Shown here: positions 18,962 to 28,595 of the stretch, piece by piece | How the letters are laid out: each line of letters opens with the position of its first letter | Numbering within the stretch: the stretch's first letter is position 1 | From: Candidatus Thorarchaeota archaeon | Lineage (GTDB): Archaea; Asgardarchaeota; Thorarchaeia; Thorarchaeales; Thorarchaeaceae | Direction: 5' to 3' | Assembly (NCBI GenBank): GCA_048884965.1 | Contig: JBHLQH010000011.1 | Location: 1 to 64,000 of the forward strand | Length of the DNA: 64,000 bases | The notes under the pieces: generated by a model | The model's input: only the letters and a program-made list of their open reading frames with translations | Database searches by the model: none | What the model was told of the DNA's origin: nothing | Position numbers and translations under genes: made by a program

Positions 18962-20626
18962 TCACCACTCACCCTTGCGAGGAATGTGAAGTTCAAAGGC
19001 TATGACTGGAGTTCCAATCTGGAAGTTGTTCAGGACTTCGGGATTGATCTCCCCAAAATGACCCACCAGATCTCCATCAATCTCAATGACTGCAGATCTG
19101 CCTTCAATGTAGGTTGGGTCCTTGGTCGAAATGAACCTGAATCGACCTTCAAGACCTAGACCTCGTAGGAGGAATCCTAACTCATTCATCAAACCGGTAA
19201 GATTTACTTTGATGTCCGTAGTTAACCCACTTACTGATGGGAGTTGTGCAACTCTTGTTTCTGCGGATTCGTTAGGACGAACGATATCTCCAACCTCGAA
19301 GACTCTTTGAGGTAGATCGACATGCTGGTTTTGTGCAGTGAAATCCAAAAGGATTGGTAGCAGTGCGTTCCTTACAATTGAATAGTCACGGCTCTTCGGA
19401 TTGCCTGTTTCTACAAGAGCGTCGCTCCTCAGCATTTTGGTGTTCATCATCTCTGGAGAGCTTAATATGTAGCTCATTATCTCTTGATAGCCCATACCAA
19501 CGAGTAGTTCGCGGACCTTGTTCCTTAGTCTTGTTATGGGTAGAACCTTGCCTGCTGTCATTGTTGAGGGCATCGTTGGCACGATTCTATCAAATCCATA
19601 TCCAATGGCGATATCCTCGATTATATCCACAGAATGCAAGATATCCGTTCGATATTGAGGAACCTGAACACTAAGGATTCCCTTGGCTGACATCGTTGCT
19701 GAATAGCACATCTTCTCGAGACATTCAAGCATCTCCTTGTCACTCATCTCAATTCCAGTGAGTTGTGTGACCTCCTCTCTGGAGACCTTCATAATCTTCG
19801 GTTTAAGATCAGGGGTTTCCATTACTGTACCATCTGGATATTCTACAGTAACGGATTCGATTTTACCTCCTCTTTCTGCAAGGGAGGTAACCATAATATT
19901 CAGTGCTTGATTTACTGTTGGTAAATGTGTGCCAGTCACTTCGACAAAGATATCTCTTGTTTCAACTGTCAAACGTCCAAGATTATTGCTGTTAATGATT
20001 GGAGGTAAGCTCAAGACCTTACCATCTGCATCGGCAAGCAGAGGCCACCTTTTGAATGAGGAAATAATTGGGCCGTATTCGATACCTTTCTCGTGAGTAC
20101 TCAGGATTCTTGGTCCATCCATTTCCTCCTCATGACCGAGTGGAGAAAAGATGATCTTCGTAGGTACTTCTGTATAGTATCGGACTGGATAGGCGATATC
20201 CTTGTGTACATAGAGACCTATGCTAGCCTTATTCCTATTCCTGCCATGAGTTGAGGTAAGAGCCTCCTGGAGATGCATATATTGGATGAGGAGATCCTCA
20301 TTGATTTCTACACCCTTCACGATGCCACAGGAGATATACCTCCTGACCCTCTCAAGTCCCTTCTCAACAATGATCTTCTTTCCAGACTTCTTCACCGGAA
20401 AACTTGGCAGACCCGGCTTGATGCCAAGAAATGCCCTAATTGCGCGAGCAATACCTTCAGCGGATAGCATATCCTGTCTATCTGGATTGATTTCTATCTC
20501 AATCTCGTTTCCTTCAATCTTCTCTATCTCTGCCTTCAAGAGGAATAGGGTGTCTTCAAGTTCCTCAGGTGAGAGTTTCTTTCCAATCAACTTCATCAAT
20601 GAATCCACTAAGCAAGATACTATCAT
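18962..20626 (-). CDS. pheT: Phenylalanine--tRNA ligase beta subunit
   Basis: NPDRQDMLSAEGIAR, SLPPIINS, YRTDILHSVDIIEDIAIGYG; coupled to pheS. Confidence 0.95.
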   Translation of the reverse strand: MIVSCLVDSLMKLIGKKLSPEELEDTLFLLKAEIEKIEGNEIEIEINPDRQDMLSAEGIARAIRAFLGIKPGLPSFPVKKSGKKIIVEKGLERVRRYISCGIVKGVEINEDLLIQYMHLQEALTSTHGRNRNKASIGLYVHKDIAYPVRYYTEVPTKIIFSPLGHEEEMDGPRILSTHEKGIEYGPIISSFKRWPLLADADGKVLSLPPIINSNNLGRLTVETRDIFVEVTGTHLPTVNQALNIMVTSLAERGGKIESVTVEYPDGTVMETPDLKPKIMKVSREEVTQLTGIEMSDKEMLECLEKMCYSATMSAKGILSVQVPQYRTDILHSVDIIEDIAIGYGFDRIVPTMPSTMTAGKVLPITRLRNKVRELLVGMGYQEIMSYILSSPEMMNTKMLRSDALVETGNPKSRDYSIVRNALLPILLDFTAQNQHVDLPQRVFEVGDIVRPNESAETRVAQLPSVSGLTTDIKVNLTGLMNELGFLLRGLGLEGRFRFISTKDPTYIEGRSAVIEIDGDLVGHFGEINPEVLNNFQIGTPVIAFELHIPRKGEW

Positions 20627-20631
20627 CAATA

Positions 20632-22143
20632 TCACCTCAAGAAGTACTTCTTCCGTATCCATGTCAGATCTCGAGAGTACAACTCTCGAATATCATTGAT
20701 ACCCATTGATGCCATATACAATCGTCCCGACCCTATGCCCCATGCGAGGACAGAATCCTTGATTCCATGAGGATAGGTGACCTCGGGTCGAAAGATACCT
20801 CCAGGAGCGACTTCAATCCATCCTAGGACATCATGTTTCGCAAAACACTCAACGCTTGGTTCCGTGAATGGGAATTGACCCGGTTTGAACTTCATCTTCT
20901 TTATCCCTACTCTCCGCACTATCTCTGAGAGGTATCCCATCAGGTCTCTCAAAGTCAGTCCTTTGTCCATAATGATGCCCTCACATTGGTTGAATTCCAT
21001 CGCATGTCGAGCACTCAGACTCTCTGACCTGAAATTCCTATCAATGATGAACATCTTCTGAGGTGAGTCTTTGTGCTTCCATAGATAGCGCATAGAAACA
21101 GGAGTTGTATGTGCACGAAGCACTAGACGCTGGGTAATCTCCTTGGAGAAAGGAGCCTCCCATCCTAATGACCCTGTCTCTCCACCGTGTTCATGGATAT
21201 CTTTCACTTTCTTGTAATATTTCTTATCGGGTATATCGCCATGATCATACGGCTTGACTACTCTGAATTGATCCTGAACTTCTCTAGCAACATGGTCTTG
21301 AGGAACAAAGAGCGCATCATTATTCCAGAACTCTGTTTCTACATACGGTCCGAACCATTCAGTGAATCCAAGTCCCACAAGTATCTCCTTTAGCCAATCA
21401 TTGAATTCTGCATATGGATGCTTTCGTCCATAATTCACGAATGGAGGATCTGCAGCCACATTGAATGGCCTGAATGAAGACTCCTTCCATGAGCCTGAGA
21501 TTATCATCTCAGGAGTAAGGTTCACAATCCCCTCTATAGACGCAGAGAGCAACTCTTGTATGGAGCTTCTTTTCTCGTGAATGATTTGCGCTGTGAATGT
21601 CTTCGTAATGACCTCTTCGACAAGATTCCGTTGAGTCGCAGATTTCAATCCGTCATGCAGATGATCTGGAATATTATCTGCTCCTTCACTCAGTTTCTTT
21701 AGCACTCTCATGACTGGAGAATCAGCTTCTGCTTCTCTTGCTTCAAGGAATGTTAGTCCATCTTCTTTAATAATACCAAGCCATCCATTCTTCATTGACC
21801 AATTGATTGCAATTCCTTTTTCCTTAGGATCAAGTCCTGATTTAGAAACTGCATCATCAACTGCCGCCTTTCCTCCTAGCTCTTTTACTGCTCCGAACAA
21901 CCTGACCTCTGGAAGCCAATTTACTGCGTAGTCTTCCCCCTCAGGTGTGAGGCGAAATGAAGCAGATTCCAGAATCTTCAAATCAACAAGTCCTCTTTCT
22001 GACAGGGCATTCAATATCGACACTACTCTTTCGGTGTTCTCGTTAAGATTATCCGAAAGTTCGTCCGCCGATATTCTCTTCTCTACGTCGACCAATGTTT
22101 TCAGGACTGTTCTTTCTCCTGCGGTCAACTGTTGTTCGCTCAT
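20632..22143 (-). CDS. pheS: Phenylalanine--tRNA ligase alpha subunit
   Basis: GRKHP, FWNNDALFVPQDHVAR, LRAHTT, FPFTEPS, GIFRPEV, AWGIG. Confidence 0.96.
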   Translation of the reverse strand: MSEQQLTAGERTVLKTLVDVEKRISADELSDNLNENTERVVSILNALSERGLVDLKILESASFRLTPEGEDYAVNWLPEVRLFGAVKELGGKAAVDDAVSKSGLDPKEKGIAINWSMKNGWLGIIKEDGLTFLEAREAEADSPVMRVLKKLSEGADNIPDHLHDGLKSATQRNLVEEVITKTFTAQIIHEKRSSIQELLSASIEGIVNLTPEMIISGSWKESSFRPFNVAADPPFVNYGRKHPYAEFNDWLKEILVGLGFTEWFGPYVETEFWNNDALFVPQDHVAREVQDQFRVVKPYDHGDIPDKKYYKKVKDIHEHGGETGSLGWEAPFSKEITQRLVLRAHTTPVSMRYLWKHKDSPQKMFIIDRNFRSESLSARHAMEFNQCEGIIMDKGLTLRDLMGYLSEIVRRVGIKKMKFKPGQFPFTEPSVECFAKHDVLGWIEVAPGGIFRPEVTYPHGIKDSVLAWGIGSGRLYMASMGINDIRELYSRDLTWIRKKYFLR

Positions 22144-22450
22144 CTTTACATCAGAACTCCTTTTTTGTTTGGATGATGCTTGGATTGGTTTGCATAGTAC
22201 GGACTAGTTCCGCAACAAAATAAGGCCCTTATCGGGCGTGATGAAATTGGCACGACCACATTCCAATACACCTAGATTTCGTGTTATTCGCTATTACATT
22301 TTAAGCTTGTCCTTTGGAACTGGACCCCTAATATTTGTGTATGTCGCAATGTTCAAATACGCTCAAATAAGCTAAACATCAAGGCAGTTGCCAAACAACC
22401 ACTTGTTCTTGGTGACATCCGTTAGACTATGCATACAAAGGTGAATACAC

Positions 22451-23530
22451 ATGTCTGCTGAACGACAAAAGCTGAAAAAGAAAGTCCAACAGCTAAAGGA
22501 TTACAAAGGTAGACACAGCTCTTTCACTACATTGTATATTCCACCAACAAAGAACTTGACTGAAGTTACAAGCTTTGTAAAAACTGAGCTCGCGGGTGCT
22601 GATAACATCAAGAGTAAAACCAATCGAAAGAATGTACAAGACAATCTCTCTGCAATTCTCAATGAATTAACATTGATCAATGTGCTGCCTGAGAATGGAA
22701 TAGCTTTCTTTTTTGGAATTGAAGAGGAGGGCGGCACGACAAGTGACATTCGTGAGATCATAGTTCCTCCTGCTCCGATTTCACAATTCATCTATCTTTG
22801 CGGTAGAGAGTTTGTAACTGAAGAACTCGAGAACATGACCCTTCCAAAGAGTCTCGTGGTCATTGTATTAATAGAGGGAGGAAAAGTCACTGTTGGATAC
22901 CTACGAGGAAAGCATCTCGAAATGGTGCTAGATGAGGACTTCTACATTATTGGAAAGACACGTGCAGGTGGACAGAGTGCAAAGCGGTATCTTAGAATAC
23001 GAGAGGAAAAGATGCAGGAATTCTTCAAGTATGTTTCTATGAAGCTTCACGAACTTCTCATAGACAATCTTGACAATGTGGATGCCATCGTCTTAGGAGG
23101 TAATACCATCCGCTGTCTGGAATTCCTTGACAAGGGTGACCTTGATTATCGTCTACGCGAAAAGGTCGCTGACACCATTATTGCTGTCAGCATAATCGAC
23201 GAAACAGGTCTCTACCAAGCAATGAAAGAGGCATCTCGTGTACTCAAAGAAACAGAGATCTATGCCGAACGACTCGCTTGGGAGAATTTCATGCAAGATT
23301 TGATGAAGGGACTCAATACTATTGCCTATGGTAAAAAGGAAGTACTGGAAGCCCTGACGCAAGGCAGAGTCGACACCCTAATGATAGTCGAAGATGAAAC
23401 TGAGATGATAGACGATCTCTATGATGAAATCTCCAATTATGGTACCGAACTACTTGTCTTTTCAAGCCAGACGGAATCAGGTGCTCAGCTCAGATCATTT
23501 GGTGGCGTTGCTGCGAAATTGCGATACTAA
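22451..23530 (+). CDS. prf1: Peptide chain release factor aRF1
   Basis: NIKS, YLCGREF (YxCxxxF), GGQS, FGGVAAKLRY. Confidence 0.93.
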   Translation: MSAERQKLKKKVQQLKDYKGRHSSFTTLYIPPTKNLTEVTSFVKTELAGADNIKSKTNRKNVQDNLSAILNELTLINVLPENGIAFFFGIEEEGGTTSDIREIIVPPAPISQFIYLCGREFVTEELENMTLPKSLVVIVLIEGGKVTVGYLRGKHLEMVLDEDFYIIGKTRAGGQSAKRYLRIREEKMQEFFKYVSMKLHELLIDNLDNVDAIVLGGNTIRCLEFLDKGDLDYRLREKVADTIIAVSIIDETGLYQAMKEASRVLKETEIYAERLAWENFMQDLMKGLNTIAYGKKEVLEALTQGRVDTLMIVEDETEMIDDLYDEISNYGTELLVFSSQTESGAQLRSFGGVAAKLRY

Positions 23531-23533
23531 GTG

Positions 23534-23944
23534 CTATCCAGGTGGCTTAGGCAAGTCCGCCATAGTTTCAATATCAATTATCCAATCATTGAGTGCTGAA
23601 GCTATTTCCTCAATGTACTTAACAAGTACATCTTTGAATCTCTCCAGATGCTCTTGACGGAGTTTTCCTTTCTTCTTCCTGAATTCCGTAACTCTCCGAG
23701 TAAGACCTGTTGACCACCTTCTCAAGTTCATCTGTGCCTTGCGGTCTGTAAGAACAATACTAGCCTCTTTGGTTGTTCTCCATAGCTCAATGATTCTCTC
23801 AATCGATTTCTGAATTACAATCAGAGTAGCTACGAGCATTTTGGCATCTGTCTTTGTTTCCTCATTCCGAGTTGTATAATAGACCTCTTTTAGCTCTCGT
23901 TTGGCTATTCTTACCTGCGCTTCAAAATCCCGTAGCTCTTGCAT
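23534..23944 (-). CDS. Hypothetical helical protein
   Basis: Clean 136-aa amphipathic ORF 36 nt downstream of the Cas4-like gene. Confidence 0.7.
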   Translation of the reverse strand: MQELRDFEAQVRIAKRELKEVYYTTRNEETKTDAKMLVATLIVIQKSIERIIELWRTTKEASIVLTDRKAQMNLRRWSTGLTRRVTEFRKKKGKLRQEHLERFKDVLVKYIEEIASALNDWIIDIETMADLPKPPG

Positions 23945-23980
23945 AGTTAGGCGATAACATGAAGCAAGATTACTCTTTTG

Positions 23981-24640
23981 CTAAACTGCTGAGAAGTTGC
24001 AAATGCCATCTTTTCCATAAGGACAGATACGACAGCTTCTCTCTGATGGTTTGGGAGCTGGACTTCTTCCTCGATACCATATCTCATCCAACTTCTCCAG
24101 TGCTTTCACAGACTTTTTCTCATTGAATCTCTCAGTGAAGATTGCACCCTTGCTACAGCCAATACACTGGATACTGTTTTTTCTAAGGCACCTTTCAGCC
24201 TCGTCTTGGAGACAATAAATTGTGACGATTATAGTAGATGAGATGGAGAGACCTTTCTCTTTGAGAGCGAGTGCATAGAGGGATGCCTGGAAGACATCCT
24301 CAATGACAGGCTTGTCTGGCAGGTAGCTCCTCGGAAATTTCCTCTCAATCACTGCATCTAGGATCGGACCCTCGACCCACTTTACAACTATGCTATCAAA
24401 TCTGCCATTGTATCTATAGGTCATGGACACCAAAGGCTCCTCAGAGAAGATATACCTCTTCCTTGATTTAGTGCCTTTGCCCTCCCGTCTGAGATATGTG
24501 GTCAAGTCATAATCCAATCGTTCAGCTGATTGAAGTGTGCCTACATTGGCAAATCGCGTATCCCCACCATAGAGATACAAGAAAAGAAGGAGTGCTATTA
24601 GAAATATGCCGAAAAGAAAGGAACTCAACAGCGGGTCCAT
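23981..24640 (-). CDS. Cas4-like PD-(D/E)xK nuclease, C-terminal part, with N-terminal TM helix
   Basis: SD GGTGAT before the ATG at 24640; TM; EEPL, GRFD, IERK, QASLYAL, C-terminal CRIC..C. Confidence 0.78.
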   Translation of the reverse strand: MDPLLSSFLFGIFLIALLLFLYLYGGDTRFANVGTLQSAERLDYDLTTYLRREGKGTKSRKRYIFSEEPLVSMTYRYNGRFDSIVVKWVEGPILDAVIERKFPRSYLPDKPVIEDVFQASLYALALKEKGLSISSTIIVTIYCLQDEAERCLRKNSIQCIGCSKGAIFTERFNEKKSVKALEKLDEIWYRGRSPAPKPSERSCRICPYGKDGICNFSAV

Positions 24641-24644
24641 CTTA

Positions 24645-24899
24645 TCACCCCAAGATCCAAACCACTGCTGACATAACAATGACAATTAGAAGAATCGCCT
24701 TCAAAAATGGCATTGAACTCTTCTTCTCGGATTCACTAGAAGTTGCAAGACTATGTAACATATTGCCACGGCTAGTCCATTCAGAGTCTTGATCCCCGTG
24801 AATATTCTTTAGATAGAGTCTGTATTCACACAAATATTGAGTTCTTAGATCCGAAACGGAACGATATCGCTTTGGTGAACGCATTTCAGTTGAAGGCAT
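24645..24899 (-). CDS. Cas4-like N-terminal module (first Fe-S Cys) with C-terminal TM helix
   Basis: SVSDLRTQYLCEYRLYL...RGNMLH followed by hydrophobic ILLIVIVMSAVVWILG. Confidence 0.72.
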   Translation of the reverse strand: MPSTEMRSPKRYRSVSDLRTQYLCEYRLYLKNIHGDQDSEWTSRGNMLHSLATSSESEKKSSMPFLKAILLIVIVMSAVVWILG

Positions 24900-25066
24900 T
24901 AACTTCACGAATAATAGTCAATATTCACCTTGAAAAAGGGCACACAAAAGCCCATGTATGTTGGGGTTCAAACGAGAGAGGTTTATTTATATTCTACAAT
25001 CAACATGACGTAAAGCAATGGGCTTTCGAAAGGAACCCATGGGGATATCTAAGATCGGGTGATCCA

Positions 25067-25492
25067 ATGTCTGGAAATGATGATTACGATGGAGCTACTG
25101 CTGGACGCGTTTTAATATTTGATGATAGTGAATCTGTTTCATTCCCAAAATCCTTCAAGGAAGCGATGGGAACAAATCGCGGTTTAATGGTACTCGTTCA
25201 CAAAGACCGACTCATCAAGATTTTTCCATTAGATAACGATGATGTCGTTTATCTCAGTCTTGAGATTAGCAAGCTGACTAATGACTTCTTGACAAAGCTT
25301 TCCCAAATCTTCAAGAAGTGTGGACTTGTTGACCTACTCTTTTCGACAGGAGTATGTCTTCGTGGTACCCGCTGCTTCTATGAATGTTATTTCAATCCCA
25401 GCCAACTAAATACACCCGTTGATGAGCTTTCATCATCACTGTCCTCCTTGGATGGTGTAAAGAAAGTCATTGTTGAAAAAGTAATTACTTAG
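25067..25492 (+). CDS. Putative AbrB-like plus ACT-like regulator
   Basis: SD GGTGAT; DDSESVSFPKSFKEAMG...IKIFP, then an ACT-like pattern ending LSSLDGVKKV. Confidence 0.55.
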   Translation: MSGNDDYDGATAGRVLIFDDSESVSFPKSFKEAMGTNRGLMVLVHKDRLIKIFPLDNDDVVYLSLEISKLTNDFLTKLSQIFKKCGLVDLLFSTGVCLRGTRCFYECYFNPSQLNTPVDELSSSLSSLDGVKKVIVEKVIT

Positions 25493-25553
25493 ATTGATTC
25501 CCCTATGAGTGAAGGATCACAAGGCTAACCGCAATATCGGGGAGCAGTTTCAA

Positions 25554-26144
25554 ATGCAGGATATAGCACAATTCCTAACAGACTTGATTATCCAAGGATA
25601 TCTAGGTCTCTTTATTGCGTGCTTTGTCATCAATATGCTTCCTTTTGGTCCATCAAATATGGTCCTTGCTGGGATTGCACAACTCCTATTACCTTTTATG
25701 AATTGGCTGGAAATTGGCGTCATTGTGGCTGTTGCCGCAACACTGGCCAAGATCATCCATTACTACATCGTTCGTTCTTCCCGATTGATTCTCTCCGAGG
25801 AGAATATTGCCAAACTAGATCGGGAACATAGGCGTGTGGAAAAGTGGGGCCCGTTCGCAATGTTCTTCTCTGCAGCGTCGCCATTTCCTGATGACCCAAT
25901 TATCGTATATGTAGCATTCACGAAATATAATGTGGTGAAGGCATTCCTCAGCTATTTTTCGGGCAAGGTCATTGTGACCATAGCTGGTGCAATCATCGGC
26001 GGAGCATTCAGTGAACTCTTCGATTCCGTTCCATTGCTCATTGGATCTATCGCATTAACGCTTCTCATTACTGCCTATCTCTTCACTCGTGAGAGTGGAC
26101 AGAGCGAATTGACAACTAGATTGAAGGAGTCTCAAGAACCGTAG
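25554..26144 (+). CDS. DedA/VTT-family membrane protein
   Basis: GYLGLF...NMLPFGP, EKWG..AMF..AASPFPDD, F...F.GK. Confidence 0.75.
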   Translation: MQDIAQFLTDLIIQGYLGLFIACFVINMLPFGPSNMVLAGIAQLLLPFMNWLEIGVIVAVAATLAKIIHYYIVRSSRLILSEENIAKLDREHRRVEKWGPFAMFFSAASPFPDDPIIVYVAFTKYNVVKAFLSYFSGKVIVTIAGAIIGGAFSELFDSVPLLIGSIALTLLITAYLFTRESGQSELTTRLKESQEP

Positions 26145-26212
26145 GTATCAGAACATCGCAGTTCACAACTCTTAAGAGTCTGTACATTCGATGCCAATAT
26201 GATGGTGAAAAA

Positions 26213-26608
26213 ATGCCCGGAACCAGCACAATAGAGATCAAGTGTGTAAAATGCAAGACTGTATATGAAACTGAAACCATCGAGCATATCGATTTGTCAG
26301 AGGATCAAGATCTAATAAAAAATCTAAAGGCTGGTAAGGCAAATCGTGCTCAGTGCCCGAAATGCAAGAAAGTCATGTACTTGGATCGAAGTATGGTCAT
26401 TAATTTCGAACCACAAAGTATGATTGTTGTCTACGATCCAAAAGCGAAGAGCAAAGCAAAGAAGGATGAGCATAGGAAGGAATTCGAAGATGTGATTGCG
26501 TTCAATGAAACATTAACTGAGCTGGCAGAAGAGACCGAATTCCAAGTAGTAAGCGATCTCTCCGCCTTAAAGAAGCTCATTGATGACTATTCAAAGATGT
26601 ATCTCTAA
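26213..26608 (+). CDS. CpXC-like zinc-binding protein
   Basis: CVKC...IDLSED..L...L..G..N...CPKC. Confidence 0.7.
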   Translation: MPGTSTIEIKCVKCKTVYETETIEHIDLSEDQDLIKNLKAGKANRAQCPKCKKVMYLDRSMVINFEPQSMIVVYDPKAKSKAKKDEHRKEFEDVIAFNETLTELAEETEFQVVSDLSALKKLIDDYSKMYL

Positions 26609-26613
26609 TCTGA

Positions 26614-27684
26614 CTAAAGTCTTCTTTTCCCTAAGAGGAATTCCTCGACCCATCGTTCAGCTCTATACATCGTAGTCGGAGTCGGAGGCATCTTAAAACC
26701 ATAGGCTGATAGTGATTCCAGCGCTCCACCTATCCCTCTTCGCAATGCGAGCTTTGTGCCTCTGATCGCATCAAAGAGAATTGGTCCTGCATTGGGACCG
26801 TCTGTGACTTCCATTCTGATATCGATCTTGATAGGAGCTCCTCCGAATTGCCTTCCATGAATGTAGAAGTACGAGTCTCTCCCGTTATCCATGAAACTCA
26901 CATAATCGGATGAACCTGCGACTAGGGGTGCATGGTATGGCAGGTCTTGGCTTATTGCTGCGCTTTTCACACCTCTCTTTCGCATTCTACCTCTGTAGTG
27001 CGAATCAAGTGACTCAGCACCACCACCAACGTCAAGCTGATAGCTCTTATCAACACGCACTCCTCGTGCTACCAGTAGCTGCAAGATACTTCTATGGAGA
27101 ACAGTAGAACCTAGCTGATCCTGAATATCATCGCCTACCAAAGGCACACCTTTCTCCTCGAACTTCTTACTCCATTCGCTGTCAGAGGCGATTGGAATTG
27201 GAGTGCCATTGATGAATGCACATCCAGCATCCAATGCCGCCTGTGCATAGAATCGAGTTGCTGCCTCTGCTGATCCAGGTAATAGGTTCACTACGATTTC
27301 TGTACCAGTATCTTTCAGCACTTTGACAACATCAGCTTCGGGCTTATCTGAAACAGTGACGAGAGCCTTAAGCATATCGTCTACACCATCATGGAGGAAC
27401 CCTTTCTCAACCTTAATGCCAGTTGCTGGTACCTTTGCAAATCGCATCACATTATTCGGATTTGCAAAAATGGCATCCGCTAGGTCCATACCGACTTTGC
27501 TATCGACGACATCGAATGCAGCAACGACTTTGATGTCTCTAACGTGAAAACCTGCAAAATCCGCGTATCCCAATCCAACGAGTTTTTCGTCGTCATTCTT
27601 AACTTCCTTATAGTATTCAAGGCCTTGAACAAAAGCACTTGCAACATTACCAATGCCTACAAGGGCCACCTTTATTCCATTCAT
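26614..27684 (-). CDS. ino1: Inositol-3-phosphate synthase
   Basis: VGIGNVAS, FDV...KVG.DL..AIF, GCAFIN, VGDDIQDQLG, YQLDVGG, DGPNAG. Confidence 0.9.
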   Translation of the reverse strand: MNGIKVALVGIGNVASAFVQGLEYYKEVKNDDEKLVGLGYADFAGFHVRDIKVVAAFDVVDSKVGMDLADAIFANPNNVMRFAKVPATGIKVEKGFLHDGVDDMLKALVTVSDKPEADVVKVLKDTGTEIVVNLLPGSAEAATRFYAQAALDAGCAFINGTPIPIASDSEWSKKFEEKGVPLVGDDIQDQLGSTVLHRSILQLLVARGVRVDKSYQLDVGGGAESLDSHYRGRMRKRGVKSAAISQDLPYHAPLVAGSSDYVSFMDNGRDSYFYIHGRQFGGAPIKIDIRMEVTDGPNAGPILFDAIRGTKLALRRGIGGALESLSAYGFKMPPTPTTMYRAERWVEEFLLGKRRL

Positions 27685-27828
27685 CGTTTTCGCCTCAGTA
27701 GTGTCCCGATTACTAAAAACTGATTTCACTACTTTTAAAGTTTTATGACCATAGAATAGTTATAAATTCACTGAAACATCGTTAATGGGGATGCGTAGAC
27801 TTAATTGGGTATGATGACACTATAGTAT

Positions 27829-28051
27829 GGACGTAAGGTCAATACTGGTGCTCACAACGTATTCCTGGCTTTACAGGAAGACGTGTCTTCATACAATAGT
27901 TGAATGGAATGTTCAAAATTTGAAGATTTCAGCCTCACATGATGTTCAGAGGGAGACTGAGTATGAAAGATGAAGAGCGATTATGTTCATCAAAAATGGG
28001 GTGGACCTTGATGCCGTTCCTGGCGAAAATAGGTTGTGTTGACCTTCGTCC
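27829..28051 (+). ncRNA. Candidate structured non-coding RNA (about 223 nt) of unknown family
   Basis: 5' GGACGUAAGGUCAAUAC pairs with 3' GUGUUGACCUUCGUCC (16 bp, one bulge, one GU); several internal hairpins; TATA-like CTTAATT upstream; T-rich tail. Confidence 0.5.
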
Positions 28052-28203
28052 TCCATTTCTTTCATTGTGCTGATGGCATGAGTTAAAAGAGGGTCACATC
28101 GAGAATTATCTAGATGTATCAACACGGAATCTCCGTACAGCCAATGGGCATAGATTCCCTATTGACATTCTCAATTCAAAGAATATGCATACACGTGATA
28201 ACG

Positions 28204-28587
28204 ATGATTCTTGAAGAAGAAATGACTGATGTTACCATTGGCGAATTGAAACCTCAGATGAAGCACTTCAATTTGATATTCAAGGTTCTTGAGATAGGAG
28301 AGATACGCGAAGTCGTTTCAAGGTATGATAAATCCACTCATAATGTATCCGACGTTATTGTTGGCGATCACACCGGGACAATTATCATTCCTGTATGGGA
28401 TGAGATGATTGACCGATTCAAGGTTGGGAAGCACTACAAAGTAACGAATGGATTCACAAATCTGTATCAAAAGCATCTACGTCTTAGCATCGGAAGGTTT
28501 GGTTTCCTTCAAGAGATTGATGAGCATTTCGATACGATTCTCCTTAGCAATAACATGTCCCATGACACACACGAAATGGCAACTTAA
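28204..28587 (+). CDS. ssb: Single OB-fold single-stranded DNA-binding protein (SSB/RPA-like)
   Basis: IGELKP...KVLEIGE.REV...VGDHTG.I...VWD...I.....G.....NG......HLRLSIGRFG. Confidence 0.8.
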   Translation: MILEEEMTDVTIGELKPQMKHFNLIFKVLEIGEIREVVSRYDKSTHNVSDVIVGDHTGTIIIPVWDEMIDRFKVGKHYKVTNGFTNLYQKHLRLSIGRFGFLQEIDEHFDTILLSNNMSHDTHEMAT

Positions 28588-28595
28588 TATGATTG

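Noticed and set aside
22144-22300. Possible T-box or attenuator in the pheS leader (small hairpins, short ORFs)
   Set aside because: No T-box consensus or Phe-rich leader peptide, and the stems are only about 4 bp.
23981-24899. Cas4 as evidence of a CRISPR-Cas locus, or as a frameshifted pseudogene
   Set aside because: There is no array or other cas gene in the window, and both halves have their own TM helices with a clean SD/start junction.
28005-28034. UGAU...GA element resembling a SECIS or K-turn core
   Set aside because: The upper stem is too short and mis-registered, and I found no in-frame TGA selenoprotein candidate nearby.
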